Shown one piece after another: positions 37,201 to 46,583 of a stretch of DNA of 64,000 nt. The notes beneath the pieces are model-generated. The model was given only the letters and a program-made list of their open reading frames with translations. It was not told the DNA's origin and ran no database searches. How positions within the stretch are numbered: the first letter of the stretch is position 1; each line of letters opens with the position of its first letter. Location of the stretch: the NCBI GenBank assembly GCA_026391215.1, contig JAPLDX010000056.1, positions 32,001 to 96,000 of the forward strand, written 5' to 3'. Source of the stretch: Bacteroidia bacterium. GTDB lineage: Bacteria; Bacteroidota; Bacteroidia; Bacteroidales; VadinHA17. The translations under genes and the position numbers were made by a program.

Positions 37201-40200
37201 ATCGCATTCTTTATTGAAGCACAAACTACATAGTAGGTCCCGAATGCTGCAAAATTAGGCGTATAGGTTGTCGCTGTGGCCCCTGAAATTGTCTGATCAT
37301 AAGGACCTCCGCTTATTGTTGAATACTTCCACTGCCTCGATGTCGGTGTGCTTGACTCGGTGACTGTCAGTACAGTGCCGTTCTGATTTACTCCTAAAAC
37401 CTGATCGGCTACCGGAGCAATGGAATTCGAGAAGGCAACTGTAAATGAGCCTTCAGTTGCAAAGGTTGATCCCGCAAAATTGTTGTCTAGCGCCTGTACA
37501 CTCCAGTAATATGTACCAGCTGTAAGCTTTTTTATTGTCCAGGAATTGGTTTGAGTACCTCTCTGAACGATTCTCCGATATCCTCCGGGCAGGGCTGCCA
37601 TGGGAGATTTTTTGTTCACCGAGCCTGCAGTGGTTCCTATATATACATTATAGGTGAGAGCATTCTGCGTGGTTTTTGTATCGGTCGATTTGTTCCAGCT
37701 TAATGTTACTTTGTTTGCTCCAAGACTTGCCTGGAGATTTGTGGGTGCTGTCGGAACGGTATTCGCCGGTGATGTGTTATTCTTGTACACCTTTGAAACA
37801 CGCCCGGAAGAGCTTAGGTAACCGGCCAGTAAAACATCCAGATCCCCGTCATTGTCATAATCTCCCAGGGCCACAGAAGATGAGTACACTGCTGCGAGGG
37901 AGTATCCTGTCAGGGCATTAGTGATATCAATAGTCGTGTCTGTGTCATTACGGTAGATTTTTGCTATATAAGAACCTAAGATGTCGTCCCAACCGTTTAA
38001 AATAATATCAAGATCACCGTCATTATCAAGGTCACCCCAGACAGAACTGCCATTATATATCCCTGGCAAATCTGCATTGATTTCGGTGAAAACGCCTGCG
38101 TTGTTTTTATAGATTTTTGATATTCCACCTCCGGTAATCAGGATATCTAGGTCACCATCGCTGTCATAATCTCCCCAGGCAGCAGAGCCACCTGATATTC
38201 CCTGTAAACCTGCATTAATATCAGAAAAAATGCCATTGTCATTCCTGTATATTATTGAATTCCAGCTGCCCGTTAACAGGATATCCAGGTCGCTGTCATT
38301 GTCATAATCACCCCATACAACAGAACTGCCGCTGACTCCGGATAAACCTGCATTGATATCTGTGAAAACTCCTGCATCGTTCCTGTAGATTTTTGAAACA
38401 GAATTTGATCCGTCATAACCCGTTAATAAAATATCCAGGTCACCATCATTATCATAATCACCCCAGGCTACTGAACCTTCATAAACTCCGGTCAAACCTG
38501 CATTAATATCTGTAAAAGTGCCTGCATCGTTCCTGTAAATCTTCGATATATAATTCAAGCCAGAGCTATAGTATCCACCTGTCAATAATAAATCCAGGTC
38601 GCCATCATTATCGTAATCACCCCATGCAGCAGCACTCCATTCAACTCCTGTTAAACCTGCGTTAATATCATTATAAACGCCGAGATCATTCCTGTAAATC
38701 CTGGAAATATATCCCGAATTCGAGTATCCTGTCAGTAAAATATCCAGGTCGCCATCGTAATCATAATCACCCCATACTACCGAACAATTATCTACACCTG
38801 TTAAAGCGATCCCTTTCTGTTCTGCAAAGGCAGAAACACTTATTTTCACCTCATTGGTCGCATAATCAATCGCATTTTTTGACGATACACAAACCACATA
38901 GTAGGTACCGAATGCAGAGAAATTAGGCGTATAGGTTGTTGCTGTGGCTCCTGAAATTGACTGATCATAAGGGCCTCCGCTTACTGTCGAATACTTCCAC
39001 TGCCTCGATGTCGGTGTGCTTGACTCAGTAACTGTCAGTAAAGCGCCGTTCTGATTTATTCCTAAAACCTGATCTGCCTCAGGAGCAATGGAATTTGTGA
39101 AGGCAATCGTAAATGAGCCTTCAGTTGCAAAGGCTGATCCTGAAAAATTGTTGTCTATCGCCTGTACGCTCCAGTAATATGTGGCTGCTGTAAGCTTTTT
39201 TATTGCCCATGAATTGTTTTGAGTACCTCTTTGGACTATTCTCCTGTATCCTCCGGGAAGGGCTGCCATTGGGGATTTTTTGTTCACCGAGCCTGCAGTT
39301 GTTCCTATATATACATTATAGGTGAGTCCGTCCTGTGCGGTTTTTGAGTCTGTTGATTTGGTCCAGCTTAATGTCACCTTGTTCGATCCAAGACTTGCCT
39401 GGAGATTCGATGGAACCGCTGGAACAACATTTGCGGTCAGAGAATTATTTTTATAGATCTTCGAAATATAACCTGAAGAGCCACTACCGGTCAGTATTAT
39501 GTCAAGATCGCCGTCGTTATCATAATCGCCCCAGGCTGCTGAGCTGTTAGAAGCTCCTTCAATCGGTTCCTCAATATCAGTAAAAACACCGCTGTCATTC
39601 CGGAATATTTTGGAATAACCGGCACCTGTCAGCAGAATATCCAGGTCACCATCATTATCATAGTCGCCCCAGGTTGCAGAACCATAGTTTATTTCAGCTA
39701 AACCTGCATCTATTCCGGTGAAGACTCCTGCATTGTTGTTATAGATCTTTGATACGCCGCTTCCGGTAAGCAGGATATCGAGGTCACCATCGCTATCATA
39801 ATCTCCCCAGGCAGCAGAACCACCGTATGTTCCTTCCAACCCTGCATTAATATCGGTGAAAATGCCATTGTCGTTCCGGTATATTTTTGAATTCCAGCCG
39901 CCTACTAACAGGATATCCAGGTCACCATCGTTATCATAATCGCCCCATGTAACAGAACCATAACTGACTCCGGTTAAACCAGCATTGATATCGGTAAAAA
40001 CGCCTGCATCGTTCCTGTAAACCTTTGAAATAATATGCCATTCAGTGTCATAATATTCACCAGTTAATAATATATCCAGATCACCGTCGTTGTCATAATC
40101 GCCCCAGGCTACTGAACTGCCGTTAACTCCGGTCAAACCTGCACTGATATCCGTGAAAACACCTGCATCGTTCCTGTATATTATTGAAACATAATTTGAT

Positions 40201-43200
40201 CCGCTATGGCCTGATAATAAAATATCCAGGTCGCCATCATTATCATAGTCGCCCCATGCGACAGAACTCCTGTACACTCCTGTTAAGCCAACACTGTCAT
40301 CCGTGAAAACACCTGCATCGTTCCGGTATATTTTTGAGCTGTAACCTGATCCGTTATCACCAGCCAATAAAATATCCAGATCACCGTCGCTGTCATAATC
40401 ACCCCAGGCTACAGAGCCTCTATTAATTCCCGTTAAACTTATCCCTGAGGGTTCAACAAAGGCAGGAACACTTATTTTCACTTCATTGGTCGTATATTCA
40501 ATTGCACTTTTTGTAGCCACACATACTACATAGTAATTCCCAAATACTGAAAAATTAGGCGTGTAGGTTGTCCCTGTGGCCCCTGCAATTGTCTGATTAT
40601 AGGGACCGCCGCTCACAGTGGAATATTTCCATTGTCTCGATGCAGGGGTGCTTGATTCAGTCACTGTAAGTACAGAGCCGTTTTGATTTAGCTTCAATAT
40701 CTGAGCCGTATCAGGAGAAATGGAATTCGAGAAGACAACAGTAAATGAGCCCTCAGTTGCAAAAGCCGATCCTGCAAAATTATGGTCTATTGCCTGTACA
40801 CTCCAGTAATATGTTCCTGCTGCAAGCTTTTTTGGCATCCAATTATTTCCCTGGATCAATCCTCTCTGGACAATTCTCCTGTATCCACCTGGCAGGGCTG
40901 CCATGGGAGATTTTTTGTTAATTGTTCCGGCAGCAGCGCCAATATAAAGATTATACGAAAGACCATCCTGGGGTGTTTGTATATCTGTTGTTTTGCTCCA
41001 CGAAAGTGTTACTCCGCTTCCTGTAACATTTGCAGCCAGGCCTGAAGGCTTAACAGGAGCGGTATTCAGTACAGAATTATTGTTTTTGTATATTTTTGAT
41101 ACAGGCCCTTCACCTGAGGTACCTGTTAGTAAAATATCCAGATCACCATCGTTATCGTAATCACCCCAGGCCGATGAACCTGTCTGAACCTTTTCTAAAT
41201 ACGAAAAAACCTCTGTAAAGACGTTATTGTTGTTCTGTATGATTTTAGATATTAATCCGTCGTAGGTAGTACCGGTCACTAAAAAATCCAGGTCGCCGTC
41301 GTTGTCATAATCGCCCCAGTCTACTGAACCCTGATAAAAGTTAGGTAAGGAGTAATCTATTGAAGAAAAAGCCCCGGCATTATTGTTGAATATTCTCAAA
41401 TTATAAACAGTTGACCATAAAACATCGAGATCACCGTCATTATCATAATCGCCCCAGGCAACTGAAGCGGCTGGATTGTTGTAGAATCCCGGATTAATAC
41501 CGGTAAAAGAACCATTATCGTTCCTGTATATTCGTGAAAATCCATTAATTGCATCATTGTAACCAGCAAGCAAGATGTCAAGGTCGCCGTCATTATCATA
41601 ATCGCCCCAGTCAACTGAACTTTCCCTTGCCCCGATCAGGCCGGCATTAATATCTGTAAAAATCCCCGCATCATTCCTGTATATTTGTGAGATACATAAG
41701 TTACTGGCATTATAGCCGGTCAACAGAATATCGAGGTCGCCGTCATTATCATAATCAGCCCATGCAACTGAGCCAATGTGCACTCCAGGTAAATAAACAC
41801 TGATATTCTTAGTGAATGTACTATCGCCATTATTGTCCCAGATTTCAGAAACCGGACCAGCGTCTGAATAACCAGTTAATAAAATATCCAGGTACCCGTC
41901 ATTATTATAATCACCCCATGCCACTGAACTTTCATCGACCCCTGGCATTAAAGTTCCTGCCAGCTCTGTAAATTTATTGCTGCCACCGTTCTTATAGATC
42001 TTGGAAACCCTGATGCCGGAACCTGTCCTGCCCGTCAATAAAATATCCTGATCCCCATCATTATCATAATCACCCCAGGCAACAGAACTATTATAGACAC
42101 CTGTTAAGCTTATCCCTGTCTGTTCAATAAAGTTTGTAACAATTATTTTTACCTGGTTGCTGGTATATGCCGTTCCACCAAATATCGATTCACATACAAT
42201 ATAATAAATGCCATCGGCCGGGAAGGATGTAATACATGTGGTTCCGGTAGCACCTGCAATCGCCTGAGTGTATGGGCCACCGCTTACGGTTGAGTATTTC
42301 CACTGGCGCGAAGTGGGAGTGCTTGATTCCGTCACAGTTAATGTCGCGCAGTTTTGATTTTTTAATATAGCCTGTTCACCAGTCGGAATAATTGAATTTG
42401 AAAAGGGAATCGTAAAAGTGCCTTCAGCAGCAAAAGCTGAACCGGCAAAACCGTAGTCGATAGCCTGTACACTCCAGTAGTACGTGGCTGCCGGCAATTT
42501 CTTCACGAAATATGTATTGGACTGAATATTTCCCCTCCGGACTATTTTTCTGTATCCGCCCGGTACAACTGCCATTGGTGAACATTTGTTCACTGTACCA
42601 GTAGCGGTGCCTATATAGATGTTGTACGAGAGACCGTCCTGCGATGTTTGAGTATCAGTTGATTTGCTCCATGTAAGAGTTGCTTTGCCACCCGTTACAC
42701 TTGAACCAAGCCCTGAAGGTGATGCAGGAAAGGTATTTGCAACAGCACTGTTATTTTTATAGATCTTCGAATAACCACTGCCGGTCAGTAAAATATCAAG
42801 GTCGTTATCCTTGTCATAATCCCCCCATGCAACGGAGCTGTAAGAAACACCGGTTAATCCTGCGCTGATATCGGTAAAAGTACCTGCATTGTTGTTGTAA
42901 ACCTTAGAAATATCAGCAGAACCGGAATATCCTGTAAGCAGAATATCCAGGTCGCCGTCGTTATCATAATCACCCCAGGCAGCAGAGCTATATCGTACTC
43001 CGGTTAAACCTGCATTAATATCCGTGAATGTGCCGCTGCTGTTATTGTATATCCTTGCATTATATCCGGAATCCCAGTTATACCCTGCCAACAGAATATC
43101 GAGATCGCCATCTTCATCATAATCGCCCCATGAAGCAGAACTGTAGGTTACACCCTCTAATCCGGCATTAATATCAGTGAAAATGCCACTGTCATTACGG

Positions 43201-43844
43201 TATATTTTTGCAATCGGGCCATCCATAAAAGAATAACCAGTCAGAAGAATATCCAGGTCACCGTCATTATCATAATCACCCCATGCTACTGAACTGTTAT
43301 CAACTCCTGTTAAACCGGCCTCAATATCAGTAAAGATACCATTGTCGTTGCGATAAACCATTGATATATAAGTACCCTGAAGGCTGCCAGTAAGCAATAT
43401 ATCAAGGTCCCCATCATTGTCGTAATCTCCCCATGCAACTGAACCGTAATTGACTCCAGCTAACCCCGCATTTATATCGGCAAACGTTCCGGCATCGTTC
43501 CTGTAAATTTTCGAAGTGTTGCTTCCTGTCAGTAAAATATCCAGGTCGCCGTCATTATCATAATCACCCCATGCTGCAGAACTGAAAGAAACTCCTGTTA
43601 AGCCGGGAGCTGCTATAGCGCTGAAGGCTCCTGCTGTATTCTGGTAGATTAAAGCATTCCCGCTTCCCGTCAAAAGAATATCAGGATCCCCATCATTGTC
43701 ATAATCGCCCCAGGCCACTGAGCCTCTTGAGATCCCTGTTAATATAATTGGCTGCTCGGTAAATGCCTGGCTGAAAAGATCAGGCGCCGCAAGGCAAAAC
43801 AATAATAATCCCAGACAGGTGAATCGGAGTAAAGGAGTTCTCAT
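31275..43844 (-). CDS. Giant T9SS-secreted FG-GAP/VCBS-repeat protein (7 propeller modules with FN3 and Ig-like spacers), putative adhesin
   Basis: Signal peptide ending in Gln; 48 hand-counted (W/L/Y)(G/A)DxDxDGDxD repeats; YYWSVQA FN3 units; YVYPNPA...GTYTIEV...KIVVIK type A CTD. Confidence 0.92.
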   Translation of the reverse strand: MRTPLLRFTCLGLLLFCLAAPDLFSQAFTEQPIILTGISRGSVAWGDYDNDGDPDILLTGSGNALIYQNTAGAFSAIAAPGLTGVSFSSAAWGDYDNDGDLDILLTGSNTSKIYRNDAGTFADINAGLAGVNYGSVAWGDYDNDGDLDILLTGSLQGTYISMVYRNDNGIFTDIEAGLTGVDNSSVAWGDYDNDGDLDILLTGYSFMDGPIAKIYRNDSGIFTDINAGLEGVTYSSASWGDYDEDGDLDILLAGYNWDSGYNARIYNNSSGTFTDINAGLTGVRYSSAAWGDYDNDGDLDILLTGYSGSADISKVYNNNAGTFTDISAGLTGVSYSSVAWGDYDKDNDLDILLTGSGYSKIYKNNSAVANTFPASPSGLGSSVTGGKATLTWSKSTDTQTSQDGLSYNIYIGTATGTVNKCSPMAVVPGGYRKIVRRGNIQSNTYFVKKLPAATYYWSVQAIDYGFAGSAFAAEGTFTIPFSNSIIPTGEQAILKNQNCATLTVTESSTPTSRQWKYSTVSGGPYTQAIAGATGTTCITSFPADGIYYIVCESIFGGTAYTSNQVKIIVTNFIEQTGISLTGVYNSSVAWGDYDNDGDQDILLTGRTGSGIRVSKIYKNGGSNKFTELAGTLMPGVDESSVAWGDYNNDGYLDILLTGYSDAGPVSEIWDNNGDSTFTKNISVYLPGVHIGSVAWADYDNDGDLDILLTGYNASNLCISQIYRNDAGIFTDINAGLIGARESSVDWGDYDNDGDLDILLAGYNDAINGFSRIYRNDNGSFTGINPGFYNNPAASVAWGDYDNDGDLDVLWSTVYNLRIFNNNAGAFSSIDYSLPNFYQGSVDWGDYDNDGDLDFLVTGTTYDGLISKIIQNNNNVFTEVFSYLEKVQTGSSAWGDYDNDGDLDILLTGTSGEGPVSKIYKNNNSVLNTAPVKPSGLAANVTGSGVTLSWSKTTDIQTPQDGLSYNLYIGAAAGTINKKSPMAALPGGYRRIVQRGLIQGNNWMPKKLAAGTYYWSVQAIDHNFAGSAFATEGSFTVVFSNSISPDTAQILKLNQNGSVLTVTESSTPASRQWKYSTVSGGPYNQTIAGATGTTYTPNFSVFGNYYVVCVATKSAIEYTTNEVKISVPAFVEPSGISLTGINRGSVAWGDYDSDGDLDILLAGDNGSGYSSKIYRNDAGVFTDDSVGLTGVYRSSVAWGDYDNDGDLDILLSGHSGSNYVSIIYRNDAGVFTDISAGLTGVNGSSVAWGDYDNDGDLDILLTGEYYDTEWHIISKVYRNDAGVFTDINAGLTGVSYGSVTWGDYDNDGDLDILLVGGWNSKIYRNDNGIFTDINAGLEGTYGGSAAWGDYDSDGDLDILLTGSGVSKIYNNNAGVFTGIDAGLAEINYGSATWGDYDNDGDLDILLTGAGYSKIFRNDSGVFTDIEEPIEGASNSSAAWGDYDNDGDLDIILTGSGSSGYISKIYKNNSLTANVVPAVPSNLQASLGSNKVTLSWTKSTDSKTAQDGLTYNVYIGTTAGSVNKKSPMAALPGGYRRIVQRGTQNNSWAIKKLTAATYYWSVQAIDNNFSGSAFATEGSFTIAFTNSIAPEADQVLGINQNGALLTVTESSTPTSRQWKYSTVSGGPYDQSISGATATTYTPNFSAFGTYYVVCVSSKNAIDYATNEVKISVSAFAEQKGIALTGVDNCSVVWGDYDYDGDLDILLTGYSNSGYISRIYRNDLGVYNDINAGLTGVEWSAAAWGDYDNDGDLDLLLTGGYYSSGLNYISKIYRNDAGTFTDINAGLTGVYEGSVAWGDYDNDGDLDILLTGYDGSNSVSKIYRNDAGVFTDINAGLSGVSGSSVVWGDYDNDSDLDILLTGSWNSIIYRNDNGIFSDINAGLQGISGGSAAWGDYDSDGDLDILITGGGISKIYKNNAGVFTEINADLPGIYNGSSVWGDLDNDGDLDIILNGWDDILGSYIAKIYRNDTDTTIDITNALTGYSLAAVYSSSVALGDYDNDGDLDVLLAGYLSSSGRVSKVYKNNTSPANTVPTAPTNLQASLGANKVTLSWNKSTDTKTTQNALTYNVYIGTTAGSVNKKSPMAALPGGYRRIVQRGTQTNSWTIKKLTAGTYYWSVQALDNNFAGSTFATEGSFTVAFSNSIAPVADQVLGVNQNGTVLTVTESSTPTSRQWKYSTISGGPYDQTISGATATTYTPNFAAFGTYYVVCASIKNAIEYASNEVKISVPAFAEQTGITLPGLDDCSVVWGDYDSDGDLDILLTGYSNSDFLSRVYRNDLGVYNDINAGLIGVVESSAAWGDYDNDGDLDILLTGYYWNSGDYYISKIYRNDAGTFTDINAGLTGVSSSSVALGDYDNDGDLDILLAGYNGSISVSKIYRNDAGIFTDITADLTGISDGSAAWGDYDSDGDLDILITGSGISKVYNNNAGIFTEINAGLTGVSESTAVWGDLDNDGDLDIILNGYNNTLSSYITKFYRNATDTIIDITNTLTGYSLAAVYNSSVALGDYDNDGDLDVLLAGYLSSYGRVSKVYKNNTSPANTVPAAPTNLQASLGANKVTLSWNKSTDTKTAQNGLTYNLYIGTTAGTVNKKSPMAALPDGYRRIVRSGATQTNSWTINRLSAGTYYWSVQAIDNNFAGSAFATEGTFTVAFSNSIAPVADQVLGVNQNGTVLTVTESSTPTSRQWKYSTVSGGPYDQSISGATGTTYTPNFAAFGTYYVVCASIKNAIEYASNEVKISVPAFAEQTGIALTGVDLGSVAYADYDNDGDLDILLTGNSGSGAISKIYRNDLGVYNDISAGLTGVYRSSAAWGDYDNDGDLDILLTGYVGSNGISRIYRNDAGTFTDIAAGLTGIWDGSAVWGDYDNDGDLDILLTGYDGSTDISRIYRNDAGIFTDINGGLAGTGGGSVAAWGDYDNDGDLDILLVGSWNSLVYRNDNGIFTNINAGLTGVTNCSAVWGDYDSDGDLDILLTGGGISKIYRNNAGVFTDMNAGLIGIYESTAAWGDLDNDGDLDIILNGWDDNLDSYITKFYRNDGDTTIDITNTLTGYSLATVYNSSVTLGDYDNDGDLDVLLTGYLISTGSVTKVYKNNTSAANTVPAAPTNLQASLGANKVTLSWNKSTDTKTAQSGLTYNVYIGTIAGSVNRKSPMAALPGGYRRIVQRGAAQANSWTIKSLTAGTYYWSVQAIDNNFAGSAFAAEGSFIVSYSNSISPVTDQSLLINQNGTVLTVTESSTPTSRQWKYSTVSGGPYDQTITGATGTTYTPGFSSYGTYYVVCVSTKNAIEYATNEVKISVPAFTEQTGLNLTGIYRGSVAWGDYDSDGDLDILLTGDDGSNYISKIYRNDAGVFTDIIAGLKGVYRSSVAWGDYDNDGDLDILLTGEYYNSGWFYVSNIYQNDAGVFTDKNAGLAGVYDGSVALGDYDNDGDLDILLTGYDGSNSVSKIYRNDAGVFTDITAGLTGVNASSVAWGDYDNDGDLDILLTGNSDSRIYRNDTGVFTNINAGLAGVSNSSVAWGDYDNDGDLDILLTGSGYSKIYKNDAGIFTDINAGLTGINYGSVTWGDYDNDGDLDILLTGSGYSKIYKNDAGVFTDINAGLTGINYGSVTWGDYDNDGDLDILLAGSYTSKVYKNNSIVANTVPSAPTNLLASALSVNKVSFTWNKATDSKTPQNTLTYNIRIGTAAGGSSIVGPMASVSTGFRRIPAIGNAELRSNGYTITNLAPGKYYWSVQAIDQAYAGGAWAAEGQFNLLAAPVASAATNIAETSFTSHWSASTGATGYKLDIATDSTFTTIVTGYNSKDVGNITSANVSGLTSGSIYYYRLRAYNAGGTSIVYSNVIKTITLGIPAAPVATDATSVVQTSFTANWNSSPNANSYELDVSTSNTFSSFLPGFSNIYVGNVTSYSVTGLTANTVYYYRVRASNSYGASLNSGTITVTTLMNPPATPAGLTASSCNNLVTLSWTAITDANFLRYIIFGGTSASPTTKIDSTSTISSVAKTISGLTPGVTYYFRVTAVNTVGMASSYSSEVSAKVKKGVVPKIKAKWNNVLICYNVGDSLTSWQWFKGGIAISGATKQYYVTAKSPGSYYVWATDKNGCQNPSAAINITGTKSAYVYPNPASKNITLSISGDDYGRTLIRFYNSTGVKVIELQTEKLDFKLDSEIALPGLQSGTYTIEVLVNNELFSTSKIVVIK

Positions 43845-43986
43845 AACATTAGTTTTAATGTTTCAAAGAATAAGAAATCTGATGGAATTCATATTCCTGT
43901 TTTTCTTTAACAGATATATAGTTGTTTATGATTTCCGACAATTTCCAGTTACAAGAATGATTGTTACAATTCTTACAAATGATAAA

Positions 43987-46368
43987 TTACTTTAACAGAT
44001 AGAAATCTGAATTCAATTGATCCCACTCTATCGGGATCTGTGCGTTATTACTCAGTTTCTTCACCTGTACCCGGGTATTAAGGAAAACGTTATGCAGGGA
44101 CTGAGGAACAACCATTTGCTTGACCAGTTCCTCGGTAAACAAACCATTGTCCCCTTTACCATCGGCTGCAGTTGCTCCTTCGGAGGTGGCAAAAGCGATT
44201 ATCGTACCGCTTGTATTAGTAACCTGCCTGAAACCGGCATCCCCGGTACCTCTGGCCCAGTTGGCGTAGGGATTATTCCTGCATGCGTCCAGGATAACAA
44301 TGTTGGCGTTATCCGGGTAGCGCTCGAATTCATCCACTACAAAGTTGACTGAAATGGCTTCAAATTTACAGTCGGTTGGCTTTTCCAGAAAGGCATCGGT
44401 CGGGATCAGATAGTTCTTGCCATCTACCTGGTTCCCATGTCCTGCATAGTAAAATAACGCAACATTGTAATTTGGCAATTTTTCAGTGAATTCCCTTATT
44501 GCAGCCTCCATTTCAGCTTTTGTTGCATTGAGCCGTTTTATGACATCAAATCCCAGCTGTTTTAACGTGCCCTCCATTAAATTGGCATCGTTCACCGGAT
44601 TCTTCAGCGGAGAGCCAAGTTTATACTGGGAATTACCGAAAACAAGGGCCAGCCGTTTCTCTGTCATGGCTGCTTCGTATTTTATCACCCGCTGCTCTGA
44701 TCTCTTGGTGCCTGCAATATTTGTGGCGCTGATATAAATACTGTTATCTCCTTTTTTCAGCAGAGCCGAAGACTGCCAGGTATAAACAGAATTATCCGAA
44801 CCTGATGGTTGAAAGATATTGTCTTCAGTTTGTGTCTCTCCATTAACAATAAGTTTTATAGATTTCAGATCGGTAGGAGACTTAATTGATGCTTCAATGG
44901 TAAGATTTTCAGTATTGACCTTAATGTTAGACGACTCCGGGTTTGACCAGGTAATAACCGGTGCAACAGCGAAAGGATTTGAAAAATACCGCGGATCTGA
45001 TTTGGTGGCTCCTTCCGCATTGGTTGCCACAAAATAAACGTTATTTTCTCCAGGTCCAAAATTTAGATTTTTCTCTATCTGGAACGTTCCTGTTTCACCA
45101 GGTTTCTGAGTTATTTCAGCCTCCCCTTTTGAAATACCATTCAGGTACAGCAGAACCGATTTCAGCCCTGAGCCTGATTTTACAGTTGCTTTGACAGTTG
45201 CATTAAATGATTCAAGAGTTGTATTGAGACCGGATGGACTTGTCCATGTTATAACAGGTGCTACGGATGAGGCAGGCACAGCATTACCCCGGTCTCCATC
45301 CGTTTGAGGAGCAGCCTGGTTTGCTGCGACAGTTGTAGTCGGAACTGGAGCAGGAACCGTAAAATACCGTTTTTCGGATGTTGAGGAACCTCCCTGATTG
45401 GCTGCTTCCAGATGAATATTGTTCTCACCCAGGTCAAAATTCATTGTTTTCTCAAGTATATAAACTCCTGCCTCGGAGACTGATTGTGTTACATCAGGTA
45501 CATCATATAAAACTCCGTTGAGATATAATTTCACCGACTCCAATCCGCCTGCTGAATTGATCTTCGCTTTTATAACAGTTGAATTTGTTGATTTAAGAGT
45601 GGTAGCTGCCTTCGCCGGACTGAACCATGTGATGACAGGTGGCTGAGGTTTTACTGTCTCAGGTGCGGGATTATTCTGAGGAGCCTGAACATTCTGAGCC
45701 AGTATTGGGGCTTCTGTCTTTTTTAATTCAGTAATTTTCAAATAATCCACTGAAATCTCTGATTCGGTTCCTACATTGAAGCCGATCTGGTTCCCTTCGG
45801 GTTTAATGGAAACGAACTGTCCAACAAGCGATTCATTCGCAAAAATAAAATATACTCCATTCACACATCTGACAGTCAGCTTATTGTAATCCCTGGTAAT
45901 CAGGAAATTTCCAATTCCTGTGAATACTTTTTCAACTTTCTTCTTTTTGGAAGGCGAATCTTTCAGGATTTCCAATGCATTATTGTCAGAAAGTTCAACA
46001 CGGTAATGATCATATTTATCAGTCATGCCAAAGATCAGTGCTCCTGTTCCCTTTACTATTTTAATTACAGTCTCAATTTCAAAGTCAGAACCGTCTGGCA
46101 TGTAAACTGCTTTAAGAGGTGAAATACCTGTTGAATACAGATAATTCTTGCACGTGATATTATAGTAGCCTGATTCTATCTTACCGCTTACCCACAGGTT
46201 ATCAGTTATCCATTCATGTGAGTTGTTGTCAAAACCATCTGAAAAAAGTTCGGTTTTGGAACTGGCATCATATGCAAGATAGCTCTGCTGTGCCAACAAA
46301 GAATTAATCTGAAAAAACATAAGGCAGATCAGCAGGGAAAGACTTTTTAAAGCTATTAACTTTTTCAT
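43987..46368 (-). CDS. Exported caspase-family (peptidase C14) protein: lectin-like beta-sandwich + 3 Ig-like repeats + C14 domain
   Basis: Signal peptide ending LLA-Q; RLALVFGNSQY, LKNPVNDA, FYYAGHG (His), ILDACR (Cys), NGLFT. Confidence 0.9.
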   Translation of the reverse strand: MKKLIALKSLSLLICLMFFQINSLLAQQSYLAYDASSKTELFSDGFDNNSHEWITDNLWVSGKIESGYYNITCKNYLYSTGISPLKAVYMPDGSDFEIETVIKIVKGTGALIFGMTDKYDHYRVELSDNNALEILKDSPSKKKKVEKVFTGIGNFLITRDYNKLTVRCVNGVYFIFANESLVGQFVSIKPEGNQIGFNVGTESEISVDYLKITELKKTEAPILAQNVQAPQNNPAPETVKPQPPVITWFSPAKAATTLKSTNSTVIKAKINSAGGLESVKLYLNGVLYDVPDVTQSVSEAGVYILEKTMNFDLGENNIHLEAANQGGSSTSEKRYFTVPAPVPTTTVAANQAAPQTDGDRGNAVPASSVAPVITWTSPSGLNTTLESFNATVKATVKSGSGLKSVLLYLNGISKGEAEITQKPGETGTFQIEKNLNFGPGENNVYFVATNAEGATKSDPRYFSNPFAVAPVITWSNPESSNIKVNTENLTIEASIKSPTDLKSIKLIVNGETQTEDNIFQPSGSDNSVYTWQSSALLKKGDNSIYISATNIAGTKRSEQRVIKYEAAMTEKRLALVFGNSQYKLGSPLKNPVNDANLMEGTLKQLGFDVIKRLNATKAEMEAAIREFTEKLPNYNVALFYYAGHGNQVDGKNYLIPTDAFLEKPTDCKFEAISVNFVVDEFERYPDNANIVILDACRNNPYANWARGTGDAGFRQVTNTSGTIIAFATSEGATAADGKGDNGLFTEELVKQMVVPQSLHNVFLNTRVQVKKLSNNAQIPIEWDQLNSDFYLLK

Positions 46369-46455
46369 ATGTCAACGTATTTTAAAATCCCACTAACTAA
46401 ATGAATGTTCTTTTACAGATTTAAACTATTACTATTACACATTACTAAAACTATG

Positions 46456-46527
46456 AAAGATAAGTATTTTTCCGGCATTTTTAATATAAATTGTCCAGAT
46501 TTTGACCAACAAAGGATTTCTGGATAT
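46456..46527 (-). promoter_or_regulatory. Upstream region shared by both caspase genes, copy 1
   Basis: Aligns with 49392-49463; contains a -7-like TATCTTTC and TGTTGGTCAAAATCTGGACAA (minus strand). Confidence 0.6.
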
Positions 46528-46583
46528 GACCTATAAGGGAGCTGACGATAAAGTCCTTTCATACAGATTGTTTTAAAGATAAA

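Noticed and set aside
31275-43844. Regularly spaced DNA repeats (e.g. TCATAATCRCCCCA) that look like a CRISPR array
   Set aside because: They are coding FG-GAP repeats in one open frame with synonymous variation; no cas genes.
31275-43844. Diversity-generating retroelement as the source of loop variation
   Set aside because: No reverse transcriptase or template repeat in the window; variation includes indels and is not obviously adenine-specific.
43940-43985. Three TTACAA copies upstream of the giant gene as an operator
   Set aside because: Short, irregularly spaced and in AT-rich DNA; chance cannot be excluded.
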